This document shows positions 1 to 13,999 of a stretch of 64,000 nucleotides of DNA, one piece after another; position 1 is the first letter of the stretch, and each line of letters begins with the position of its first letter. The translations under genes and the position numbers were made by a program. This stretch comes from Eledone cirrhosa (lineage: Eukaryota). The notes under the pieces were generated by a model. It searched no databases, was not told the origin of the DNA, and saw only the letters and a list, made by a program, of their open reading frames with translations. The stretch covers positions 2,604,001-2,668,000 of the forward strand of contig OZ024745.1 of assembly GCA_964016885.1 (NCBI GenBank). Direction: 5' to 3'.

Positions 1-234
1 AGAGATGGGTAAAAGGAGAAAGATGTGGAGAGGTGGGAGAGAGATGAGAAGGAGAAGGGAGAATGGAGAGAGATTTAAGAGGGGGAGAGAAGAGATTGGA
101 GAGATAAGAGAGAGGAGAGTGAAAGTGTGGCAGAGTGAGAGGGTGAAAGGGTGAAGGAGTGAGAGAGTGAAAGAGTGAGAGAGTGAGAGAGTGTATGTGT
201 GAATGAGAGATAAATGGAATTGGTGAATGGTATT
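1..234. repeat. GA-rich low-complexity region with degenerate (GA)n and GAGAGTGA-like repeats
   Basis: The + strand is almost all purine (agagatgggtaaaaggagaa...gagtgagagagtgaaagagtgagagagtgagagagtg). There is no ORF. Confidence 0.85.
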
Positions 235-1746
235 GGAAGAGAAAGAAGAAATAAGGGAGAAACTATGGAAGAGAAAGAAGAAATAAGGGAGAAACTATGG
301 AAGAGAAAGAAGAAATAAGGGAGAAACTATGGAAGAGAAAGCAGAAATAAGGGAGAAACTATGGAAGAGAAAGAAGAAATAAGGGAGAAACTATGGAAGA
401 GAAAGAAGAAATAAGGGAGAAACTATGGAAGAGAAAGCAGAAATAAGGGAGAAACTATAGAAGAGAAAGAAGAAATAAGGGAGAAACTATGGAAGAGAAA
501 GCAGAAATAAGGGAGAAACTATGGAAGAGAAAGAAGAAATAAGGGAGAAACTATGGAAGAGAAAGCAGAAATAAGGGAGAAACTATGGAAGAGAAAGAAG
601 AAATAAGGGAGAAACTAAGGAAGAGAAAGAATAAATAAGGGAGAAACTATGGAAGAGAAAGCAGAAATAAGGGAGAAACTATAGAAGAGAAAGAAGAAAT
701 AAGGGAGAAACTATGGAAGAGAAAGAAGAAATAAGGGAGAAACTATGGAAGAGAAAGAAGAAATAAGGGAGAGACTATGGAAGAGAAAGAAGAAATAAGG
801 GAGAAACTATGGAAGAGAAAGAAAAAATAAAGGAGAAACTATGGAAGAGAAAGAAGAAATAAGGGAGAAACTATGGAAGAGAAAGAATAAATAAGAGAGA
901 AACTATGGAAGAGAAAGAATAAATAAGGGAGAAACTATGGAAGGGAAAGAAGAAATAAGGGAGAAACTATGGAAGAGAAAGAAGAAATAAGGGAGAAACT
1001 ATGGAAGAGAAAGAAGAAATAAGAGAGAAACTATGGAAGAGAAAGAAGAAATAAGGGAGAAACTATGGAAGAGAAAGAATAAATAAGGGAGAAACTATGG
1101 AAGAGAAAGAATAAATAAGGAAGAAACTATGGAAGAGAAAGAAGAAATAAGGGAGAAACTATGGAAGAGAAAGAAGAAATAAGGGAGAAACTATGGAAGA
1201 GAAAGAATAAATAAGGGAGAAACTATGGAAGAGAAAGCAGAAATAAGGGAGAAACTATGGAAGAGAAAGAAGAAATAAGGGAGAAACTATGGAAGAGAAA
1301 GAAAAAATAAAGGAGAAACTATGGAAGAGAAAGAATAAATAAGGGAGAAACTATGGAAGAGAAAGAATAAATAAGGGAGAAACTATGGAAGAGAAAGAAG
1401 AAATAAGGGAGAAACTATGGAAGAGAAAGAAGAAATAAGGGAGAAACTATGGAGGAGAAAGAAAAAATAAAGGAGAAACTATGGAAGAGAAAGAAGAAAT
1501 AAGGGAGAAACTATGGAAGAGAAAGAATAAATAAGGGAGAAACTATGGAAGAGAAAGAAGAAATAAGGGAGAAACTATGGAAGAGAAAGAAGAAATAAGG
1601 GAGAAACTATGGAAGAGAAAGAAGAAATAAGGGAGAAACTATGAAGGAGAAAGAAGAAATAAGGGAGAAACTATGGAAGAGAAATAAGAAATAAGGGAGA
1701 AACTATGGAAGAGAAAGAAGAAATGAGGGAGAAACTATGGAAGAGA
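235..1746. repeat. 32-bp polypurine minisatellite, consensus GGAAGAGAAAGAAGAAATAAGGGAGAAACTAT, 47 full copies plus a partial copy
   Basis: Units start at 235, 267 and so on to 1739 (235+47x32), so the phase is kept with no net indel. Variants are substitutions (gcag, gaat, gaaaaaataaag, tagaag). Confidence 0.97.
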
Positions 1747-1849
1747 CACAATTCTTGACTTGAAGCTTAAACAAATATTTTTTCAATTACAAATGAAATT
1801 CTGAATAAGGATTCGGATTTCAACATCAACAAATGATAAAACCTTTGTC

Positions 1850-1859
<10 letters not shown>

Positions 1860-1891
<32 letters not shown>
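1860..1891. repeat. (GT)n microsatellite
   Basis: Perfect GT run read directly from the sequence. Confidence 0.95.
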
Positions 1892-1893
<2 letters not shown>

Positions 1894-1967
1894 CTGTGTA
1901 TGCATGCATGTATTATGTGTGTATGCATGTATGTGTGTATGCATGTATGTATGTAAATATGTTTATT

Positions 1968-2018
<51 letters not shown>

Positions 2019-2019
2019 A

Positions 2020-2023
<4 letters not shown>

Positions 2024-2087
<64 letters not shown>

Positions 2088-2132
2088 GTATATATATGTA
2101 TATATATATATATATAAATATATATATATATA
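2024..2132. repeat. (TA)n microsatellite, lightly interrupted
   Basis: TA run of about 110 bp inside the left arm of the inverted repeat. Confidence 0.95.
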
Positions 2133-2231
2133 GTATTTACGTATCGAGAAAGAGAGAAAAAGGAGGGATAGGTGATACATATAGTTATTTGCCAAGTAGA
2201 TTTCCCACGTAAATATATATATGTGTGTATT

Positions 2232-2296
<65 letters not shown>

Positions 2297-2400
2297 AATA
2301 AACATATTTACATACATACATGCATACACACATACATGCATACACACATACATGCATACACACATAATACATGCATACATACACAGAAACACACACACAC

Positions 2401-2660
<260 letters not shown>

Positions 2661-3016
2661 GCAAATAGGCAACCACCTACATATAAATACCTACATATAT
2701 ATAATAGACTCGAACACACAAACATGCACATACATATACACACGCGTGCTCGTACAGATATATGTAGAAATACGCACGTACATGCATGTATACACAGAAG
2801 TCGGTATTACAACTAAGTGCTTCGGGTTATCCTCAGACAAACAACAAACAACAATAAATAGTAATTGAGTGAAGCAAGAGAATGGAAAGGAGGGAAATAT
2901 GTAGGAAAGTATTGAGTATGATGGAGTAATGTAGTTATAGCGTTAGCAGAGAGCCAGTGTTGTATTACAGGGAATAATAGGTTCTGAAGTATCACGATCA
3001 ACAAAGATATATAGAA
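2661..3016. other. Unique or low-copy non-coding flank of the satellite, partly degenerate CA/TA
   Basis: This is the longest non-tandem stretch in the window. I recognise no gene signal in it, and the 63-aa minus-strand ORF has no recognisable features. Confidence 0.6.
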
Positions 3017-5249
3017 GACACTAAAACACTAAGGCATCGAGACAACAAGACTCTGAATCAACGAGACAACGAGACACCGAGATACCAAGACACCGAGACA
3101 CCGAGACACCAAGACACTAAAACACAAAGACACCGAGACACCAAGACTCCGAGTCAACGAGACACCGAGACACCAAAACACCAAGACACCAAGACACCAA
3201 GACACCAAGACACCAAGACACCGAGACACCAAGACACCAAGACACCGAGACACCGAGACACCAAGACACCAAGACACCAAGGCACCGAGATAACAAGACA
3301 CCAAGACACCAAGATACCGAGACACCAAGACACCGAGACACCAAGACTCCGAGTCAACGAGTCACCGAGACACGGAGACACCAAGACACCGAGACACCAA
3401 GACACTAAGACACCGAGATACCGAGACACCAAGACACCAAGACACCAAGGCACCAAGACTCCAAGACACAGAGACACCGAGACACCGAGTAAACCGAGAC
3501 ACCGAGACACCAAGACTCCGAGTCACCGAGACACCGAGACACCGAGACACCGAGACACCAAGACACCAAGACACCGAGACATCAAGACACCAAGACACCA
3601 AGACACCGAGACACCAAGAAACCGAGGCACCAATACACCGAGACACCAAGACACTAAGACACCAAGATACCAAGACACCAAGACTCTGAGTCACCGAGAC
3701 ACCAAGACACCAAGACACCGAGACACCAAGATACCGAGACACCAAGACACCGAGACACCGAGACACCAAGACTCCAAGACACCTAGACACCAAGACGCCA
3801 AGATACCGAGACACCACTACACCAAGGCACCGAGACACCAAGACACCAAGACACCGAGACACCAAGACACCAAGACACCGAGACACCAAGACACGTAGAT
3901 ACCAAGACATCAAGACACCAAGACACCAAGACACAGAGACACAGAGACACCAAGACACCAAGACTCCGAGTCATCGAGACACCGAGACACCAAGAGACCG
4001 AGACACCAAGACACCAAAACACCAAGATACCAAGACACCAAGACACCAATACACCGAGACACCGAGACACCAAGACACCAAGACATCAAGAGACCGAGAC
4101 ACCGAGACACCAAGACACCGAGACACAAAGACACCAAGACACCAAGACACCGAGTCACCGAGACACCGAGACACCAAGATACCAACACACCAAGACACCA
4201 AGACATCAAAACACCAAGACAACGAGACACCAAGACACCGAGTCACCGAGACACCAAGACATCAAGACACCAAGACACCAAGATACCAAGACACCAAGAC
4301 AGCTAGTCATCGAGACACCAAGACACCAAGACATCAAGACACCAAGATACAAAGACACCAAGACACCTAGTCACGGAGACACCAAGACATCAAGACACCA
4401 AGACACCAAGACACCAAGACACCAAGACACCGAGACACCAAGACGTCAAGACACCAAGACACCGAGACACCAAGACACCAAGACACCATGACACCGAGAC
4501 ACCAAGACACCAAGACACCAAGACACCGAGACACCAAAACACCAAGACACCGAGACACCAATACAACGAGACACCAAGACACCGAGACACCAAGACACCA
4601 AGACACCAATACACCGAGACACCAAGGCACCACAAGACACCAAGACACCAAGACACCAAGACACCGAGACACCGAGACATCAAGACACCGAGACACCAAG
4701 AAACCGAGACACCGAGACACCGAGACACCGAGACACAAAGACACCAAGACACCAAGACACCAATACAACAAGACACCGAGACACAGAGACATCAAGACAC
4801 CAAGACACCAAGACACCAAGACACCGTGACACCGAGACATCAAGACACAAAGACACCAAGACACCGAGACACCCAGATACCAAGACACCAAAGCACCGAG
4901 TCACCGAGACACCAAGAGACCAAGACATCAAGACACCAAGACAGCGAGACACCGAGACACCAAGACACCGAGACACCAAGACACAAAGACACCAAGATAC
5001 CGAGACACCAAGATACCAAGACACCAAGACACCGAGTCACCGAGTCACCAAGACACCAAGACACCGAGACACCAAGACACCAAGACACCAAGACACCAAG
5101 ACACCGAGACACCGAGACATCAAGAAACCAAGACACCGAGAAACCGAGACACCAAGACACCAAGACACCAAGACACTGAGAGACCGAGACACCGAGACAC
5201 CAAGACACGAAGACACCGTGTCATCAAGACACCAAGACACCAAGACACC

Positions 5250-8200
5250 GAGACGCCGAGACACCCAGATACCAAGACACCAAGACACCGAGTCACCGAG
5301 ACACCAAGACACCAAGACATCAAGACACCAAGACAGCGAGACACCAAGATACCAAAACACCGAGACACCAAGACACAAAGACACCAAGATACCGAGACAC
5401 CACGACACCAAGACACCGAGACACCAAGACACCAATACACCAAGATACCGAGACACCAACATACCAAGACACCAAGACACCGAGTCACCGAGTCACCAAG
5501 ACACCAAGACACCAAGACACCGTGACACCGACACCCCAAGACACCGATACGCCGAGACACCGAGACACCGAGACACCAAGACACAGAGACACCAAGACAC
5601 CGAGACACAAAGACAACAAGACACCGAGACATCAAGACACCGAGACATCGAGACACCGAGACACCAAGACACCGAGACACCGAGACACCAAGACACCAAA
5701 CACCGAGACACCAAGACACCGAGACACCAAGACACCAAGATACCGACACAGCAAGACACCAAGACACCATGACACCGAGACACCAAGACACCAAGACACC
5801 AAGACACCGAGACACCAAGACACCAAGACACCGAGACACCAAGACACCAAGACACCGAGACACCAAGACACCAAGACACCAATACACCGAGACACCAAGA
5901 CACCACAAGACACCAAGACACCAAGACACCAAGACACCGAGACACCGAGACATCAAGAAAACGAGACACCGAGAAACCGAGACACCAAGACACCAAGACA
6001 CCAAGAGACTGAGAGACCGAGACACCGAGACACCAAGACACGAAGACACCGTGTCATCAAGACACCAACACACCAAGACACCGAGACGCCGAGACATCAA
6101 GACACATAGACACCAAGACACCGAGACACCCAGATACGAAGACACCAAGACACCGAGTCACCGAGACACCAAGACACCAAGACATCAAGACACCAAGACA
6201 GCGAGACACCAAGACACCAAGACACCGAGACACCAAGACACCAAGACACCAAGACACCGAGACACCAAGACACCAAGACACCAAGATACCGAGACACCAA
6301 CATATCAAGACACAAAGACACCGAGTCACCGAGTCACCAAGACACCAAGACACCAAGACACCAAGACACCGTGACACCGACACCCCAAGACACCGAGACG
6401 CCGAGACACCGAGACACCGAGACACCGAGACACCGAGACACCAAGACACCGAGACACCGAGACACCAAGACACCGAGAAACAAGACACCAAGACACCGAG
6501 ACACCAAGACACCGAGACACAAAGACAACAAGACACCGAGACATCAAGACACCGAGACATCGAGACACCGAGACACCAAGACACCGAGACACCGAGACAC
6601 CGAGACACCAAACACCGAGACACCAAGACACCGAGACACCAAGACACCAAGATACCGAGACACCAAGACACCAAGACACCAATACACCGAGACACCAAGA
6701 CAGCACAAGACACCAAGACACCAAGACACCAAGACACCGAGACACCGAGACAACAAAACACCGAGACACCAAGAAACCGAGACACCGAGACACCGAGACA
6801 CCGAGACACAAAGACACCAAGACACCAAGACACCAAGACAGCAAAACACCGAGACACCGAGACACCAAGACACCAAGACACCGTGTCACCAAGACATGAA
6901 GACACCAAGACACCATGACACCGAGACATCGAGACACATAGACACCAAGACACAGGGACACCCAGATACCAAGATACCAAGACACCAAGACACCGAGTCA
7001 CCGAGACACCGTGACACCAAGACAGCAAGACATCAAGACACCAAGACAGCGAAACAGCGAGACACCAAGACACCAAGACACCAAGATACCGAGACACCAA
7101 GATACCAAGACACCAAGACACCGAGTCACCGAGTCACCAAGACACCAAGACACCAAGACACCAAGACACCGACACACCAAGACACCGAGACACCTAGACA
7201 CCGAGACACCGAGACACCAAGATACCAAGACACCGAGACACCAAGACATCAAAGACGTCAAGACACCAAGACACCGAGACAGCAAGAGACCAAGACACCA
7301 TGACAACGAGACACCAAGACACCAACACACCAAGACACCAAGACACCGAGACACCAAGACACCAAGACACCAATACACCGAGACACCAAGACACCACAAG
7401 ACACCAAGACACCAAGACACCAAGACACCGGGACACCGAGACATGAAGAAACCGAGACACCGAGACACCGCGACACCAAGACACCGAGACACCAAGACAC
7501 CGAGACACCGACACACCAAGACACGGAGGCACCTAGACACCGAGACACCGAGTCAGCGAGACACCAAGACACCAAGATACCGAGACACCGAGACACCAAG
7601 ACACCGAGACAACGAAACACCGATACACCGAGACACAAAGACACCAAGACACAAAGACACCGAGACACCGAGACACCAAGACACCGTGTCACCAAGACAC
7701 CAAGACACCAAGACACCGTGACACCTAGACATCAAGACAGAAAGACACCAAGACACCGGGACACCCAGATACCAAGACACCAAGACACCGAGTCACCGAG
7801 ACACCGAGACACCAAGACACCGAGACAACGAAACACCGATACACCGAGACACAAAGACACCAAGACACAAAGACACCGAGACACCGAGACACCAAGACAC
7901 CGAGTCACCGAGACACCAAGGCACCAAGACACCGAGACACTAAGACACCAAGACACCAAATCACCGAGACACCGAGACACTAAACAACAAGACACCAAGA
8001 CACCAAGTCTGCGAGACACCGAGACATCAAGACACCGAGACATCAAGACACCAAGACATAAAGACACCGAGACATCAAGACACTGAGACATCAAGACACC
8101 AAACACCGAGACACCGAGACACCGAGACACCGAGACACCAATACACCAAGACACCGAGACACTGAGACACCAATACACCAAGACACCAAGACACCTAGAC

Positions 8201-11200
8201 ACAGAGAAACCGAGACACCAAGACACCGAGACACCAAGACATCAATACACCAAGACAGCGGGACACCGAGACACCAAGACACCGAGACACCGAGACACCA
8301 AAACACCAAGACACCAAGACACCGAGACACCAAGACACCGAGACACCAAGACATCAATACACCAAGACAGCGGGACACCGAGACACCAAGACACCGAGAC
8401 ACCGAGACACCAAAACACCAAGACACCAAGACACCGAGACACCTAGACACCGAGACACCAAGACACCAAGACACCGAGACACCAAAACACAAATACACCA
8501 ATACACCGTGACACCAAGATACCACAAGACACCAAGACACCAAGACACCAAGACACCGAGACACCGCGACACCGAGACACCAAGACACCAAGACACCGTG
8601 TCACCAAGACACCAAGACACCAAGACACCGTGACACCTAGACATCAAGACAGAAAGACACCAAGACACCGGGACACCCAGATACCAAGACACCAAGACAC
8701 CGAGTCACCGAGACAACGAGACACCAAGACACCAAGACATCAAGACACCAAGACAGTGAAACACCGAGACACCAAGACACCGAGACACTAAGATACCAAG
8801 ACACCACGATACCGAGACACCAAGATACCAAGACACCAAGACACCGAGACACCAAGACACCACAAGACACCAAGACACCAAGACACCAAGACACCGAGAC
8901 ACCGAGACAACAAAACACCGAGACACCAAGAAACCGAGACACCGAGACACCGAGACACCGAAACACAAAGACACCAAGACACCAAGACACCAAGACAGCA
9001 AAACACCGAGACACCGAGACACCAAGACACCAAGACACCGTGTCACCAAGACATGAAGACACCAAGACACCATGACACCGAGACATCGAGACACATAGAC
9101 ACCAAGACACAGGGACACCCAGATACCAAGATACCAAGACACCAAGACACCGAGTCACCGAGACACCGTGACACCAAGACAGCAAGACATCAAGACACCA
9201 AGACAGCGAAACAGCGAGACACCAAGACACCAAGACACCAAGATACCGAGACACCAAGATACCATGACACCAAGACACCGAGTCACCGAGTCACCAAGAC
9301 ACCAAGACACCAAGACACCAAGACACCGACACACCAAGACACCGAGACACCTAGACACCGAGACACCGAGACACCAAGATACCAAGACACCAAGACACCG
9401 AGTCACCGAGACACCAAGACACCAAGACACCAAGACACCGAGACACCGAGACATCAAAGACGTCAAGACACCAAGACACCGAGACAGCAAGAGACCAAGA
9501 CACCATGACACCGAGACACCAAGACACCAACACACCAAGACACCAAGACACCGAGACACCAAGACACCAAGACACCAATACACCGAGACACCAAGACACC
9601 ACAAGACACCAAAACACCAAGACACCAAGACACCGGGACACCGAGACATGAAGAAACCGAGACACCGAGACACCGCGACACCAAGACACCGAGACACCAA
9701 GACACCGAGACACCGACACACCAAGACACGGAGGCACCTAGACACCAAGACACCGAGTCAGCGAGACACCAAGACACCAAGATACCGAGACACCGAGACA
9801 CCAAGACACCGAGACAACGAAACACCGAGACACCGAGACACAAAGACACCAAGACACAAAGACACCGAGACACCGAGACACCAAGACACCGAGTCACCGA
9901 GACACCAAGGCACCAAGACACCAAGACACTAAACAACAAGACACCAAGACACCAAGTCTGCGAGACACCGAGACATCAAGACACCGAGACATCAAGACAC
10001 CAAGACATAAAGACACCGAGACATCAAGACACTGAGACATCAAGACACCAAACACCGAGACACCGAGACACCGAGACACCGAGACACCGAGACACCGAGA
10101 TACCAAGACAACAAGACACCGAGTCACCGAGACACCAAGACACTAAGACATCAAGACATCAAGACAACGCGACACCAAGACACCAAGACACCGAGACACC
10201 GAGACATCAAGACACCGAGACACCAAGAAACCGAGACGCCGAGACACCCAGATACTAAGACACCAAGACACCGAGTCACCGAGACACCAAGACACCAAGA
10301 CATCAAGACACCAAGACAGCGAGACACCAAGATACCAAAACACCGACACACCAAGACACAAAGACACCAAGATACCGAGACACCACGACACCAATACACC
10401 GAGACACCAAGACACCAATACACCAAGATACCGAGACACCAACATACCAAGACACCAAGACACCGAGTCACCGAGTCACCAAGACACCATGACACCAAGA
10501 CACCGTGACACCGACACCCCAAGACACCGATACGCCGAGACACCGAGACACCGAGACACCAAGACACAGAGACACCAAGACACCGAGACACAAAGACAAC
10601 AAGACACCGAGACATCAAGACACCGAGACATCGAGACACCGAGACACCAAGACACCGAGACACCGAGACACCAAGACACCAAACACCGAGACACCAAGAC
10701 ACCGAGACACCAAGACACCAAGATACCGACACAGCAAGACACCAAGACACCATGACACCGAGACACCAAGACACCAAGACACCAAGACACCGAGACACCA
10801 AGACACCGAGACACCGAGACACCAAGACACCAAGACACCGAGACACCAAGACACCAAGACACCAATACACCGAGACACCAAGACACCACAAGACACCAAG
10901 ACACCAAGACACCAAGACACCGAGACACCGAGACATCAAGAAAACGAGACACCGAGAAACCGAGACACCAAGACACCAAGACACCAAGAGACTGAGAGAC
11001 CGAGACACCGAGACACCAAGACACGAAGACACCGTGTCATCAAGACACCAACACACCAAGACACCGAGACGCCGAGACATCAAGACACATAGACACCAAG
11101 ACACCGAGACACCAAGACACCAAGACACCAAGACACCGAGTCACCGAGACACCAAGACACCAAGACATCAAGACACCAAGACAGCGAGACACCAAGACAC

Positions 11201-13030
11201 CAAGACACCGAGACACCGAGACACCAAGACACCAAGACACGAAGATACCGAGACACCAACATATCAAGACACAAAGACACCGAGTCACCGAGTCACCAAG
11301 ACACCAAGACACCAAGACACCAAGACACCGTCACACCGACACCCCAAGACACCGAGACGCCGAGACACCGAGACACCGAGACACCGAGACACCGAGACAC
11401 CAAGACACCGAGACACCGAGACACCAAGACACCGAGAAACAAGACACCAAGACACCGAGACACCAAGACACCGAGACACAAAGACAACAAGACACCGAGA
11501 CATCAAGACACCGAGACATCGAGACACCGAGACACCAAGACACCGAGACACCGAGACACCAAGACACCAAACACCGAGACACCAAGACACCGAGACACCA
11601 AGACACCAAGATACCGAGACACCAAGACACCAAGACACCAATACACCGAGACACCAAGACACCACAAGACACCAAGACACCAAGACACCAAGACACCGAG
11701 ACACCGAGACAACAAAACACCGAGACACCAAGAAACCGAGACACCGAGACACCGAGACACCGAAACACAAAGACACCAAGACACCAAGACACCAAGACAG
11801 CAAAACACCGAGACACCGAGACACCAAGACACCAAGACACCGTGTCACCAAGACATGAAGACACCAAGACACCATGACACCGAGACATCGAGACACATAG
11901 ACACCAAGACACAGGGACACCCAGATACCAAGATACCAAGACACCAAGACACCGAGTCACCGAGACACCGTGACACCAAGACAGCAAGACATCAAGACAC
12001 CAAGACAGCGAAACAGCGAGACACCAAGACACCAAGACACCAAGATACCGAGACACCAAGATACCAAGACACCAAGACACCGAGTCACCGAGTCACCAAG
12101 ACACCAAGACACCAAGACACCAAGACACCGACACACCAAGACACCGAGACACCTAGACACCGAGACACCGAGACACCAAGATACCAAGACACCAAGACAC
12201 CGAGTCACCGAGACACCAAGACACCAAGACACCAAGACACCGAGACACCGAGACATCAAAGACGTCAAGACACCAAGACACCGAGACAGCAAGAGACCAA
12301 GACACCATGACACCGAGACACCAAGACACCAACACACCAAGACACCAAGACACCGAGACACCAAGACACCAAGACACCAATACACCGAGACACCAAGACA
12401 CCACAAGACACCAAAACACCAAGACACCAAGACACCGGGACACCGAGACATGAAGAAACCGAGACACCGAGACACCGCGACACCAAGACACCGAGACACC
12501 AAGACACCGAGACACCGACACACCAAGACACGGAGGCACCTAGACACCAAGACACCGAGTCAGCGAGACACCAAGACACCAAGATACCGAGACACCGAGA
12601 CACCAAGACACCGAGACAACGAAACACCGAGACACCGAGACACAAAGACACCAAGACACAAAGACACCGAGACACCGAGACACCAAGACACCGAGTCACC
12701 GAGACACCAAGGCACCAAGACACCAAGACACTAAACAACAAGACACCAAGACACCAAGTCTGCGAGACACCGAGACATCAAGACACCGAGACATCAAGAC
12801 ACCAAGACATAAAGACACCGAGACATCAAGACACTGAGACATCAAGACACCAAACACCGAGACACCGAGACACCGAGACACCGAGACACCGAGACACCGA
12901 GATACCAAGACAACAAGACACCGAGTCACCGAGACACCAAGACACTAAGACATCAAGACATCAAGACAACGCGACACCAAGACACCAAGACACCGGGACA
13001 CCAAGACATCAAGACACCGAGACACCAAGA
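5250..13030. repeat. HOR zone A: about 5250-7680 recurs at about 10230-12690 (offset 4983, then 4959); about 8840-10230 recurs at about 11640-13030 (offset 2802)
   Basis: The landmark agacgccgagacacccagatac occurs at 5251 and 10234. Near-identical ORF pairs are 5522/10505, 6326/11285, 9053/11855 and 9894/12696. Confidence 0.88.
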
Positions 13031-13999
13031 AACCGAGACACCGAGACACCGAGACACAGAGACACCAAGACACCAAGACACCAAGACACCAAGACACCGA
13101 GAGACCGAGACACCAAGACGTCAAGACACCAAGACACCGAAACAGCAAGACACCAAACACCATGACACCGAGACACCAAGACACCAAGACACCAAGACAC
13201 CGAGACACCAAGACACCGAGACACCGAGACACCGATACACCAAGACACCAAGACACCGAGACACCAAGACACCAAGTCACCAATACACCGAGACACCAAG
13301 ACACCACAAGACACCAAGACATCAAGACACAAAGACACCGAGACACCGAGACACCAAGACACCGAGACACCAAGACACCGAGACACCGACACACCAAGAC
13401 ACGGAGACACCTAGACACCAAGACACCGAGTCAGCGAGACACCAAGACACCAAGACACCGAGACACCGAGACACCAAGACAACGAGACACCGAGACACCG
13501 AGACGCCTAGACACAAAGACACCAAGACACAAAGACACCGAGACACCAAGACACCAAGACACCGAGTAACCGAGACACCAAGGCACCAAGACACCGAGAC
13601 ACTAAGACGCCAAGACACCGAATCACCGAGACACCGAGACACTAAACAACAAGACACCAAGACACCAAGTCTGCGAGACACCGAGACATCAAGACACCAA
13701 GACTTCAAGACACCGAGACATCAAGACACTGAGACATGAAGACACCAAACACCGAGACACCGAGACACCGAGACACCAAGACACCAAGACACCGAGACAC
13801 TGAGACACCAATACACCGAGACACCAAGACATCAATACACCAAGACACCGGGTCACCAAGACACCAAGACACCGAGACACCGAGAAACCAAAACACCAAG
13901 ACACCAAGACACCGAGACACCTAGACACCAAGACACCGAGACACCAAGACACCGAGACACCAAGACACCGAGACACCGGGACATCTAGACACCGAGACA

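Noticed and set aside
235-1746. CRISPR array (32-bp repeat length)
   Set aside because: The repeats are directly adjacent with no unique spacers, there are no cas genes, and the context looks eukaryotic.
235-1746. Derivation of the 32-mer from the octamer (32 = 4x8)
   Set aside because: The 32-mer shows no sequence similarity to GACACCRA and no clear internal 8-bp period.
2813-3004. 63-aa minus-strand ORF in the unique flank
   Set aside because: It is short, starts at a non-ATG codon and has no recognisable motif, so it is expected by chance.
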